The notes beneath the pieces are model-generated. The model made no database searches. It was given only the letters and a program-made list of their open reading frames with translations, and had not been told where the DNA came from. This document shows, in pieces, positions 53,797-62,800 of a DNA stretch of 64,000 bases; the stretch's first letter is position 1; each line of letters opens with the position of its first letter. A program made the position numbers and the translations under genes. Source of the stretch: a virus (taxonomy: Duplodnaviria > Caudoviricetes); IMG/VR virus record IMGVR_UViG_3300042010_000129, positions 1-64,000 of that record; one strand, 5' to 3'.

Positions 53797-54572
53797 TGGC
53801 TGGTTCACCGCTTAACTCGACAAAGCATTTGCAACGGCAGGGCCTCGATTCGAAAATCATTCACGCGGGCGTTGTGGTTGATAACCTCGACCCACGAAAG
53901 AATGGCCGCGTGCGTGTGCGTATTCCCGGTATCTTTCCGGATGCAATCCCCGACAATCATTTGCCGTGGGCGTTGCCAATGAATCAGGACTACGCCACCG
54001 ACGACGATAAGCCTACGCGTTCCGGTTTTATCAACGTTCCGCCAGTCGGTGCAAAGGTTGGCGTTCGCTTTCCTAAAGGCGATCCGCACAAGCCGGAATT
54101 AGCGCCATATCCCGGTGATAAAAAGACGATTTCTTCGATTGCAAATACCAACTATCCGTTCCGCATGGTTATGGAATTGGAGAACGGTTGTGCAATTGTG
54201 GCCGACAAGAAAACGAACGAAGTATTCGTCACCAATCCGGGCGATGCTCACTTTGTTTTCCTCGGTGATTACAGCAAAACAATCGTTGGTTCCTGCACCG
54301 AAATCATCACTGGTTCGAAAGGCGATGTGCCCGGTTATTTGACCAATGCCAGCAATACCAAAATCAGCGAGATTCAAGAAAAGTCGGCTGGTGGTGTGAG
54401 CAAAGGCAAAGGCAATAAATTCGAAAAGATTACCGGCAATTACACGCTGGAAATCGGCGGCAATCGCATCGTAAAAGTGAACGGCAATGATCAATTAACT
54501 GTTGGCCGTAACCGTGATGAAAAGGTCGGCGGCAACCACAAAATTCAATCCTCCCGTTCTGATACGAACTGA
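53796..54572 (+). CDS. Baseplate spike, T4 gp5/VgrG OB-fold type (no lysozyme)
   Basis: GVVVDNLDPRKNGRVRVRIPG, LPWA, VPPVGAKVGVRFPKGDP; C-terminal beta-helix-like repeats. Confidence 0.85.
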   Translation: MAGSPLNSTKHLQRQGLDSKIIHAGVVVDNLDPRKNGRVRVRIPGIFPDAIPDNHLPWALPMNQDYATDDDKPTRSGFINVPPVGAKVGVRFPKGDPHKPELAPYPGDKKTISSIANTNYPFRMVMELENGCAIVADKKTNEVFVTNPGDAHFVFLGDYSKTIVGSCTEIITGSKGDVPGYLTNASNTKISEIQEKSAGGVSKGKGNKFEKITGNYTLEIGGNRIVKVNGNDQLTVGRNRDEKVGGNHKIQSSRSDTN

Positions 54573-54580
54573 GGCCCACT

Positions 54581-55201
54581 ATGCCAACACCAATTGCTTC
54601 GCGATTCACGCGCACAGGCGATACCTACCTGCTGGAAGATACCGATCTGGCCGGTGGTTATCGCAGCGTTTCAACAATTGCAGCACGCGACAATATTCCG
54701 CTTAGCGCCCGGCGTATCGGCATGGCCGTTTATTGTGTTGCGGATAAAACCGAATATTTGCTGCTGAATGCATTGACCAATGCAAGCTGGGCACAACGCC
54801 CGTTGTTCAGCGGTAAGGCCCACGCAATCGCACAGGTTGTGGCGGTTGATCCGTTGCAACAATACACGCCGCTGACGTTTGAGCAATACGCAATGGCAAA
54901 GGTGCGCGAATGGTTTAACGGCCTGCCGTCTGCTAATCGCGTACTGAATAAACCGATCTATTATTTCAAGATCGTTTGCGGAACCGGCACCGCTTCGCTG
55001 GCAGCAGGAACCATTCTCCCGCCGCCCGCTGAATACATCGGTGACGCGACTTTCATTTACGACAATGCTGCCAATACGCTCCCGGTAATTCTGGATAACG
55101 CGGCATTGGTTTGTATTTCGAAAACGTTGGTGCCACTCGGTGACGCAGTAATTCGAGCGATGGACGAATACGCAGACCGTAAAGCATCGGAGGCCCCGTA
55201 A
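54581..55201 (+). CDS. Putative tail/baseplate accessory protein, 206 aa
   Basis: N-terminal ~60 aa paralogous to the N-terminus of the 55739 fibre protein. Confidence 0.75.
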   Translation: MPTPIASRFTRTGDTYLLEDTDLAGGYRSVSTIAARDNIPLSARRIGMAVYCVADKTEYLLLNALTNASWAQRPLFSGKAHAIAQVVAVDPLQQYTPLTFEQYAMAKVREWFNGLPSANRVLNKPIYYFKIVCGTGTASLAAGTILPPPAEYIGDATFIYDNAANTLPVILDNAALVCISKTLVPLGDAVIRAMDEYADRKASEAP

Positions 55202-55380
55202 TGGCAAACGTTGAATACACGCGCACGTTTCTTTCTGGTGAATTGCTGGCAGGTAATCGCCGCTCTGATCCCCATGGCGTGCGTTGGATTAAAGAACCTA
55301 TTCCGGCACAACAAAAACACAAAATGACTCGGCAGGTTGGGCGTTACCTTTCTGATGACCCATCAACCTATTTGAAATAA
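55201..55380 (+). CDS. Small hypothetical protein, 59 aa (not in ORF track)
   Basis: TAATG overlap; GGAGG upstream; terminator follows. Confidence 0.65.
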   Translation: MANVEYTRTFLSGELLAGNRRSDPHGVRWIKEPIPAQQKHKMTRQVGRYLSDDPSTYLK

Positions 55381-55401
55381 CCCACTTAATCGTGGGTTTT
55401 T
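55379..55401 (+). terminator. Intrinsic terminator
   Basis: aacccac-ttaatc-gtgggtt followed by T-run. Confidence 0.7.
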
Positions 55402-55431
55402 GTGTTTTCCCGCTAATTTAATGGTAAGTTT

Positions 55432-55749
55432 ATGACAAAACTATTCGAACCACGTGTGCTTGGTGCAGGCATTACAATTGAGGAAAAGCCAACGCAGCCA
55501 AACCATGGCGCTCGGCTGGTGGACGTTCAGAGCTATGCCACGATTACGAAGGCGACACTGACCAACGTATTGCAAGTGGATATCCCTGTTCGTTCTCCTG
55601 ATTATATTGTTCAGTGTTTCGATCAAACGAAGCAAATCATTTATCCGGATAGTGTCCAAGAAGTCGGGGAGAATATCGAGGTGAAATTCCTTGAACCTCA
55701 ATCTGGCGAAGTAAGGGTGCTGTTCGTCGGAGGCGACAGTGGCGACTAA
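55432..55749 (+). CDS. Hypothetical (probably tail-associated) protein, 105 aa
   Basis: Beta-rich ORF preceding the fibre gene. Confidence 0.75.
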   Translation: MTKLFEPRVLGAGITIEEKPTQPNHGARLVDVQSYATITKATLTNVLQVDIPVRSPDYIVQCFDQTKQIIYPDSVQEVGENIEVKFLEPQSGEVRVLFVGGDSGD

Positions 55750-56566
55750 TATTTCGCAGCGGTTTGTAAAAACGGGTGACTTTTACCTGTTGGTGGATAC
55801 TGACCTTCGCGGTGGTTTCCGGATTGTAAGCAGCATCGTAGAACGTGACGCAATTCCACTCGCAGCCCGTAAACAGGGCATGATGGTTCGCGTTATTGAA
55901 GCAACAGGAATTACCAACTGGGAACTGGGTCACGGCAAACCGATTACCAACGCCGGTTGGGTAGAAGCCAGTCTCGGTGGCGGCGGGGATTATATTCCAA
56001 TTGCTGGCGGGCCGTTGGAAGGCGAAATCAAAGCGAACGAATTCGGTTCGATCAATTTCAATGACACGTTGAAAATGGAATCGCTTGACGGGAATTTGCA
56101 GATGACGCGAATGACCCCGCAGGCCGTTGATGATCCGGAACCGCGTGGCATGTTGACCTTCAACAACGGTACGGAAAACACCGTTGAAATCAATACCGAA
56201 ATCGGCCAAATGGTTTGCAAAACCGAAGTGGCGCTGTCGTCTGATCGCACACTGAAAACCGAAATCACGCGTATTGAAGGCGCGGTGAAAAAGATTCGCC
56301 GTTTGTATGGTTACACGTTCAAGAAAGTCGGTGCCGGTAATCGCCTGTTCATGGGCCTGATTGCGCAGGAAGTAAAACAGATTATGCCGGAAGCCGTGAC
56401 CAACACCACGGACGGCAAACTGGCGGTGTTCTACGGATCGCTGGCTGGTGTATTTGTCGAAGCCTTCCACGAAATCGACGACCGCCTGAAAGCAATCGAA
56501 AAATCGGTTGAAGAAATTCGTTTGCATCTTGACCTCGATAAGAGCGACGAAAGCGATGGGGTGTGA
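55739..56566 (+). CDS. Tail fibre/spike protein with Peptidase S74 intramolecular chaperone
   Basis: SSDRTLKTEI, GYTF, GLIAQEVKQIMPEAV, LAVFYGSLAGVFVEA, coiled-coil end. Confidence 0.9.
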   Translation: MATNISQRFVKTGDFYLLVDTDLRGGFRIVSSIVERDAIPLAARKQGMMVRVIEATGITNWELGHGKPITNAGWVEASLGGGGDYIPIAGGPLEGEIKANEFGSINFNDTLKMESLDGNLQMTRMTPQAVDDPEPRGMLTFNNGTENTVEINTEIGQMVCKTEVALSSDRTLKTEITRIEGAVKKIRRLYGYTFKKVGAGNRLFMGLIAQEVKQIMPEAVTNTTDGKLAVFYGSLAGVFVEAFHEIDDRLKAIEKSVEEIRLHLDLDKSDESDGV

Positions 56567-57014
56567 ATACGGCCCCAGCCCAATTTTTACGGTCGTTGCT
56601 TCGGAGATTCCTAACTCGGGCAAACGACCAGACACACCGAAACCAGAAATAAACGAAGTGGGCGAATCGGCTTGCGTTACCGGGCTTTCCAGTCTGGCAC
56701 AGCGCCTGACACAGGATATTCTTGTGGCCCATGAGCGCGTGCATTACGGATTTCCAATGCCGCAATTTCTTTTGCTCGCCCATGAATCGGAATTCGATCA
56801 TCCAGACTTGGCGATTGCGCAGCAGCTGCACCAATATGTGGAATTTCGGGATATCACAATCGGTTATCCGCTGTCGATCAATGCATATTTGTATATCACT
56901 GATCCAGCGGCCTACGGATTGCCACGCGGCTTAACTGAGGAAGAGGTACTGAATAGTTTTCTTCGGAATTCTGTGCGGATTACCTACATCGTCAAGAATA
57001 CGGATTTAAAATAA
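56556..57014 (+). CDS. Hypothetical protein, ~152 aa
   Basis: Overlaps both neighbours. Confidence 0.7.
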   Translation: MGCEYGPSPIFTVVASEIPNSGKRPDTPKPEINEVGESACVTGLSSLAQRLTQDILVAHERVHYGFPMPQFLLLAHESEFDHPDLAIAQQLHQYVEFRDITIGYPLSINAYLYITDPAAYGLPRGLTEEEVLNSFLRNSVRITYIVKNTDLK

Positions 57015-58339
57015 TGGCAAACTATCGCTACATGGGTGAGCGTGACCTCGAATACACGGACGCCAGCGACGAATACGATCTGCATTTTGTGCAAGGTGAT
57101 TTGTTCACCATGTACCGCCACGGGCAGGTCTACATCGTTCAGCATTCCGACGCACCTGAAGTTATTTTCAAACTGAAATTGAAGCAGGGTAACGACCTGC
57201 ATAACATGAGCGAAGAGCTTTTGTCGGTCGAAACCGATCCGGACAATCCGCCGTACATGTTGTTCAAACCGTCGTTCGAAATGATGCCGTTGCTGTACGA
57301 TTATTTCAACCGCACTTATTTCAACGGCGAATGCCCGGTTGTGAAATTCCGCAAGACCACGAAAAGCAGTGTGTGGGGTATGGCGCAGCTGGAATGGCTC
57401 CGCAATAAACCGGTCTACACGTTCTTCGTGAACGAAAGTGCAATGATCGACCGCGTGTTGTTTTCGAACACCGTTCTGCACGAACAGATTCACCTTCGTA
57501 ACTTCGCGAAGGGTTACAAACTGATGGACATTGATCCAAGTTCGTCGAAAGATTATTTGCACGATGACCACGGCCCACATTTCCAAGACGAAATGCGCCG
57601 CCTGAATGCAAAAGGTTTCCACATTCTGCTGGCCGCAACGCACGAAGAATTCAAACGTGATGCATCGGAAGAATTCTACGCAATCGTTGCGCAGGAAACA
57701 GCCGGTGGGCGTGTGCTGTCGTGGAACGCGTGGTACACGGCGAAAGAACTTACCGCCGATGACACCGAACGTCTAGCCGGGCAGTTGAAGGAAATCAACC
57801 CGCATGCGGAATACACGATTAAACTGATCAAGACAAAAGATCGGAACGTGACGCACGCGAACCACATCAAAGGCACGAAAACGTTTACCGATTCGACGTT
57901 GAAAAAGAAAATCCAAGGCGATATCGACCTGAAGAACGCAGAGGTTTTGTACACGACCTATTTGCGTCCGTCGATTGCTGTGGAATTGCCTGATTACAAA
58001 GACGTGCCGGATCTGTACGCGTTGCCGCTGGAAAACTTCTACCGTTCCATGCGTAGCTACACCGATGACCGAATGGTGTTGCGCGCAAAATGGATGAAGT
58101 TTCCGGGCAAGCTTTTGAGTTCCCAAATCGACAAGAAGTTCAGCACCTTGATTGGTCGCATGGGCCGGGATTCGATCCACGACGATGATGTGGTAAACAT
58201 CTTGAACGATATCCGCGCAGCGTATGCGGATCGTTTTTCGTACCAACAATATGTGGACGCCATGCATGCGTTCATCAAGAAATATGATCGCAAAGGCCTG
58301 CTTGCAGAGTACGCCAAAATTATGCGACTGATTGCGTGA
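57014..58339 (+). CDS. SprT-like zinc metalloprotease
   Basis: YDYFNRTYF, WGMA, TVLHEQIHL (HExxH), HGPHFQ. Confidence 0.85.
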   Translation: MANYRYMGERDLEYTDASDEYDLHFVQGDLFTMYRHGQVYIVQHSDAPEVIFKLKLKQGNDLHNMSEELLSVETDPDNPPYMLFKPSFEMMPLLYDYFNRTYFNGECPVVKFRKTTKSSVWGMAQLEWLRNKPVYTFFVNESAMIDRVLFSNTVLHEQIHLRNFAKGYKLMDIDPSSSKDYLHDDHGPHFQDEMRRLNAKGFHILLAATHEEFKRDASEEFYAIVAQETAGGRVLSWNAWYTAKELTADDTERLAGQLKEINPHAEYTIKLIKTKDRNVTHANHIKGTKTFTDSTLKKKIQGDIDLKNAEVLYTTYLRPSIAVELPDYKDVPDLYALPLENFYRSMRSYTDDRMVLRAKWMKFPGKLLSSQIDKKFSTLIGRMGRDSIHDDDVVNILNDIRAAYADRFSYQQYVDAMHAFIKKYDRKGLLAEYAKIMRLIA

Positions 58340-58355
58340 TAAAAGGGGATTGACG

Positions 58356-58931
58356 GTGGCTTACACAAAGCGACGTAGAAGCAGCACGAAACAATCGCGT
58401 GCCAAAAAGGCATACGAAAAGAAAACAGCCCTTCCGGAAACAACAGTGAAAATGTCACGCAGTGATATCACCAGCGCATTGATGCAGGCGCTGACTTATT
58501 ACTACGTGAAGAAAACCTGTTCGGTTCACAAAGAAGTGGGCGTGGTGCCGTGGGGCCGGTCGCGACTGGATGCATTGGTTATCGACTATCCCGGCAATTT
58601 CCACGGGGTTGAAATCAAAAGCTGCTTGGCAGATTTCCGCGCTGATAAAAAATGGCGTGATTATTTGCCACACGTGAACAAGATGTATTTCTTGTTCGCA
58701 CCGTCAATCACCCAATCGCGGTGCTATCCGGAAATTCGCGCAGAACTGAAAGCAGAGGGTGTGGGCATTCTGGTTCTGAGCGAAACCACCGGGCGCATTT
58801 CGTGCAGTCAGAAAGCGAAGCATCGGCCTGTCGCAATCACTGCAAAGTATCGCATGTATCGCAAACTGGCTTGGCTCGCGGGTGACGCTAAGCACACCAT
58901 TACCAGAACGCAGCGGGTGTTTTTGAAATGA
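58356..58931 (+). CDS. MmcB-like PD-(D/E)xK nuclease
   Basis: RLDALVID, GVEIKSCLADFRADKKWRDYLPHVNKMYF; basic N-tail; GTG start is a guess. Confidence 0.7.
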   Translation: MAYTKRRRSSTKQSRAKKAYEKKTALPETTVKMSRSDITSALMQALTYYYVKKTCSVHKEVGVVPWGRSRLDALVIDYPGNFHGVEIKSCLADFRADKKWRDYLPHVNKMYFLFAPSITQSRCYPEIRAELKAEGVGILVLSETTGRISCSQKAKHRPVAITAKYRMYRKLAWLAGDAKHTITRTQRVFLK

Positions 58932-59539
58932 TCGGGAAATTCATCGCACTGGAATCCATCGAAGCAGCGGGCAAAGGAACAGCTTCCGTTTATGTTGGTG
59001 ATCATGCCAAGAAACGCGGGTTGGAAATGATCTTTACCCGTGAACCGGGTGGCACTCCGTTTGCCGAAGCTATCCGCGCCCTAATGCTTGATAACGAAGG
59101 GAAAATTCCCGCGTTGTGCCAACCTTTCCTGTCGTATGCTTCCCGCATTCAACACACCGAACATTTGATTCGTCCGGCGCTGGAACGTGGCGCGCACGTT
59201 TTCAGTGAGCGCTATTACTGGTCGGCACTCGCTTACCAAACGCGCACCTGTGATCAGACGTGGGCCATTCACGAAATGTGTTCGGAACATTTGATCAAAC
59301 CGGATCTGACAATTCTGTTGGATCTGCCGCCAGAAGTCAGCTTTCAGCGTATGCACGAATCTCGCGTTGCAAAGGGAATCGCTCTCGATGAATTCGAGAA
59401 AAAACCTTTGTCTTATTTCGCTGAAGTGCGTGAGGCCTACCACAATCTGATTGATGATTCGTGGGTTGTGATCGACGCACAGCAACCCCTTGAAGAGGTA
59501 CAGCGCCAAGTATTGGCACTGATCGACCGAACGGTGTAA
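58928..59539 (+). CDS. tmk: Thymidylate (dTMP) kinase
   Basis: GKFIALE..AGKGT, FTREPGGT, ERY..SALAYQ, PDLTILLDLPPEV. Confidence 0.9.
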   Translation: MIGKFIALESIEAAGKGTASVYVGDHAKKRGLEMIFTREPGGTPFAEAIRALMLDNEGKIPALCQPFLSYASRIQHTEHLIRPALERGAHVFSERYYWSALAYQTRTCDQTWAIHEMCSEHLIKPDLTILLDLPPEVSFQRMHESRVAKGIALDEFEKKPLSYFAEVREAYHNLIDDSWVVIDAQQPLEEVQRQVLALIDRTV

Positions 59540-59541
59540 AA

Positions 59542-59967
59542 ATGAAAATGATGCTCGCATTAGCGGCCAGTGGTAAAAAGTATTTGTCGGGCGGGCTGAT
59601 GATTCGGTTGGCCCGGAATTACCCGGATATTCGCGACCTCGGTAATCGCCTGCTGCGTCTGCCCATTATCCCGCGTGGGAATTTCGTTCCCAAATTGCCG
59701 AAAGGCGATGACCAACTGATCAAGTTTGCAGAGCAGAATAAGTTCTCGCTTTATTACGGTTATCGCGTGTACAAAAACGCAGAAGGCAAAGACCAGATGG
59801 AATCTTTGCTGATGTGCGTGGACGACAAGGGCCGCGTAGTTGAAACCGAAGAAAGCCGGTTGGATAACACGTCGAGTTATGTAGGAATGCGTATCCCGAC
59901 CGACGATATCAAAAGCCGTCGCTACGCCAACAAATTCAACCGGATGGATTATCTAAAGGCCCAATGA
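59542..59967 (+). CDS. Hypothetical protein with MKMMLALAA leader, 141 aa
   Basis: Full ORF. Confidence 0.8.
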   Translation: MKMMLALAASGKKYLSGGLMIRLARNYPDIRDLGNRLLRLPIIPRGNFVPKLPKGDDQLIKFAEQNKFSLYYGYRVYKNAEGKDQMESLLMCVDDKGRVVETEESRLDNTSSYVGMRIPTDDIKSRRYANKFNRMDYLKAQ

Positions 59968-61649
59968 TGGAAATGACAATTGCAGCCTCAGTATCGCCGC
60001 CCGGTGCAGCGGATGCGTTCATTAAACTTTTGATCGCGATCTACAAGGCGCCCGAATTCGACTATGGTACGAATTTTCAAACGAAATTGAAGAAGTGGAA
60101 CGAGCAGGCGCAGCCGTTCCTTGAGCAATACGCGATCAAGCGCACCTTTGCCAAAACTTTGTCGATGTTGGTCAATGGCGAAGACGTATCGAACGAGAAA
60201 TATTCGATCATCGTAAAGGGCTGTTTCGACTCCCTGAAAAAGAAAAAGAAATCGTTCGATAAAGACAAAGGTTTGTCCAAGCTGCAATTGAGTTTCCTGA
60301 ATGATGTGCGTCTGGCCTACAACGGATCGTCGGGTGCGGGTAATCGCATCATGCAGAACGTTGGCTACTTCAAAGATTCGCATATCAGCAAAATGTTTTT
60401 GCACGAAGGCGAACACGTTGATACTTCGGTGCAGCAATCGCTGTATGATCGCCTCGAACAGCACGTGAAAACTCACGGCAAAGTGAAGGGCCACGTGATG
60501 CCGAATACCACGCTTGAGAAATGGCGTGATAAGGCAAAAGAAGTGGGCACCAATCTAACGGAACACCAAGACTATTTGGACATGCGCCGCCAGCGTAAAG
60601 CCATCGCAGATAAAGCGATTGCGAATATCGTTCGTGCATCCGGTGAACACATTGTGGACGTGGACGTAATCCGCGAACAAATGAACGGCGTGCAGCACGA
60701 TATTCCTGATTGGTTCGTAGGCAAGATCGACGACAAAGGGAATTACTTCACCACTGACGGTTTGCAACTGCTGAATAAACCGATTGGTGAAGGTTCGATG
60801 AACCCGAATTACAAACCGGGATCGACCGTTTACTACTGCCAGTACAAAGCACCGTTTGCTGCAAATCTTTCGAATGTCTACACGATTGCAGCCCGTACCG
60901 AAGGCCGCGTGCAGTCCTTTAACGTCGTGCAAAACATGCTGCCCGATGTGACGAAGTATGTGAAAAAATGGTTGCCTGATTTGGCTAAAGGGCCGGGATC
61001 GTTGCGCGGTGTTGCTGCTGCCGTTTGTGAGACGATTTACCAGACCTCGGCGCGTATCGGTTCGACCCGTGGCAACACTGCCGGGGAAACGACCTACGGC
61101 ATTTCTACGCTGCTGCGCAAACACATTCTGTTCAATGATCAACGTGCGATTTTCAAGTACATCGGCAAGAAAGGCGGTGCGCAGAAGCACGTGATCAAGT
61201 TCGAAGATCAGCGGACGCAAATGCTGCATGCGGCCCTCGACGAATTCCTGTACGAGAAAAAGCCAACGGAATATGTTTTCACTTTCCGTGGCAAACCGTT
61301 ATCGAACAGCCAAGTGAACGGCTACCTGCGCGACCTCGGATTTCCTGAAGGTTTCAGCATTCACAAATTCCGTAAGTTGCGTGGTACAGCGATGGCGAAA
61401 TTGCTGATGGATAAATGTCCGTTCGGTGCCCGCGCTCGCGATGCTGACGTGAATAAATGGATCGAAACGCAGTGTTTGAAAATCGGTAAGGAACTCGGTC
61501 ATTTGGCCGGGGAGAAAGTGACGGCCACCACGGCAATCGCCAACTATATCGACCCTTCGGTATTCCTGCCGGTCTACGAAAAAACGAACACGCGCCCGAA
61601 CTCCAAAATCCAAAAAGCGATTGACCTCGCGACGAAGAGTGCAGAATAA
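59964..61649 (+). CDS. DNA topoisomerase IB with long N-terminal extension
   Basis: SARIG (R), FKYIGKKG (K), HKFRKLRGT (R), LGH (H), NYIDP (Y). Confidence 0.85.
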   Translation: MMEMTIAASVSPPGAADAFIKLLIAIYKAPEFDYGTNFQTKLKKWNEQAQPFLEQYAIKRTFAKTLSMLVNGEDVSNEKYSIIVKGCFDSLKKKKKSFDKDKGLSKLQLSFLNDVRLAYNGSSGAGNRIMQNVGYFKDSHISKMFLHEGEHVDTSVQQSLYDRLEQHVKTHGKVKGHVMPNTTLEKWRDKAKEVGTNLTEHQDYLDMRRQRKAIADKAIANIVRASGEHIVDVDVIREQMNGVQHDIPDWFVGKIDDKGNYFTTDGLQLLNKPIGEGSMNPNYKPGSTVYYCQYKAPFAANLSNVYTIAARTEGRVQSFNVVQNMLPDVTKYVKKWLPDLAKGPGSLRGVAAAVCETIYQTSARIGSTRGNTAGETTYGISTLLRKHILFNDQRAIFKYIGKKGGAQKHVIKFEDQRTQMLHAALDEFLYEKKPTEYVFTFRGKPLSNSQVNGYLRDLGFPEGFSIHKFRKLRGTAMAKLLMDKCPFGARARDADVNKWIETQCLKIGKELGHLAGEKVTATTAIANYIDPSVFLPVYEKTNTRPNSKIQKAIDLATKSAE

Positions 61650-61651
61650 AT

Positions 61652-61933
61652 ATGGAAATGGTACTGGCAGTTGCCAATGATAAAAACCCGGTTTCGGTAG
61701 ACAAATTGCCGAAAGGTTCCAAGGTCACTCATTTTGTGCTGTATCACGCAGGCACCTTCAACGTCTTGGGGCGTGGCCGTGCCGCTACCGCCAAACAGGC
61801 GACAAAACAAATGGATCGCCTTATGTCGCTGGGGATGAAAGCTGATCTTGCGCTTTACGCAGAAGACGGCGACCGCACGGTTTTGCTGCGCGAAACTTAT
61901 ATCCTGAAACGCACCGGCCCTGAGAAGGTTTAA
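61652..61933 (+). CDS. Hypothetical protein with MEMVLAVA leader, 93 aa
   Basis: Full ORF. Confidence 0.8.
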   Translation: MEMVLAVANDKNPVSVDKLPKGSKVTHFVLYHAGTFNVLGRGRAATAKQATKQMDRLMSLGMKADLALYAEDGDRTVLLRETYILKRTGPEKV

Positions 61934-61936
61934 CAA

Positions 61937-62506
61937 ATGGAAATGATGCTTGCGTTGGCTACGACTAAGCAACAACAAACTGCCTCATTTTTCCGGTGGT
62001 TCAAACACAGCAAAGTCGTCGATAAAAACTACCAACCGTTGCGGGTTTACCACGGCACGAAACACGAATTCAAAGAGTTCAGCCGGGCGCACCATGGCAA
62101 ACAGGACTTTGGTTATTTGGGCGAAGGCTTTTATTTCACAGCTTCGCACAAGATTGCCAGTTCCTACGGTACGGGCGGCGATGGTGGTCACATCATCCCC
62201 GTTTATTTGAGCCTGCAAAATCCGTACATAATCGACAAACACAATTGGCAAGATCAGTCGCAGGGTTATTCCCGCGTCGTTGCAATTAGCCAAGAATTCC
62301 AAGCGAAGGGTGACAATTTCAGTGTCGCCAATGCGAAGGCCGCGAAACAATATCGGCAAGAATTGGAAGACGCTGGTTACGACGGAATCATCGACGACAG
62401 TGACGGCGCTATGACGCAGATTGTTGCGTTTTATCCGAACCAAATCAAAAGCGCCATTGGCAACACTGGCTATTTCGATTTGCACAATGACGAACTGACG
62501 GAATAA
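61937..62506 (+). CDS. ART-PolyVal-like ADP-ribosyltransferase domain with MEMMLALA leader
   Basis: F..WF..SKVVD...PL.VYHGT, GFYFT, VYLSLQNP, GYDGI, VAFYPNQIKSA..N.G.FD. Confidence 0.75.
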   Translation: MEMMLALATTKQQQTASFFRWFKHSKVVDKNYQPLRVYHGTKHEFKEFSRAHHGKQDFGYLGEGFYFTASHKIASSYGTGGDGGHIIPVYLSLQNPYIIDKHNWQDQSQGYSRVVAISQEFQAKGDNFSVANAKAAKQYRQELEDAGYDGIIDDSDGAMTQIVAFYPNQIKSAIGNTGYFDLHNDELTE

Positions 62507-62509
62507 CCG

Positions 62510-62800
62510 ATGGACGCATACGAAAGCGGTGTTTGTACTGGTCAGCGCGGCGAAAAAGGCCCGGAAGGCCCACGCGGTGCCTGTGGCCCTAATTGCAAGG
62601 GGCCTGAGTGTGGATGTGGGAGCGTATGCGGGCCTGTTGGGGTTCCCGGCCTGCTTGGCCCCGGCCCGCACCCGCAAGGTGTTCCCGGCCCCGACTACGG
62701 CGGCAATAACGCAGGCCTTTCCAAGAAAGAAGCGCACGCGATGCCGTGGTATGTCGCTCACGTAATGCGGCAAACGCGCCGCCAGAACAGGGTGAATTAA
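62510..62800 (+). CDS. Collagen-like Gly-X-Y, Cys-rich protein, 96 aa
   Basis: GQRGEKGPEGPRGACGP...GPVGVPGLLGP. Confidence 0.7.
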   Translation: MDAYESGVCTGQRGEKGPEGPRGACGPNCKGPECGCGSVCGPVGVPGLLGPGPHPQGVPGPDYGGNNAGLSKKEAHAMPWYVAHVMRQTRRQNRVN

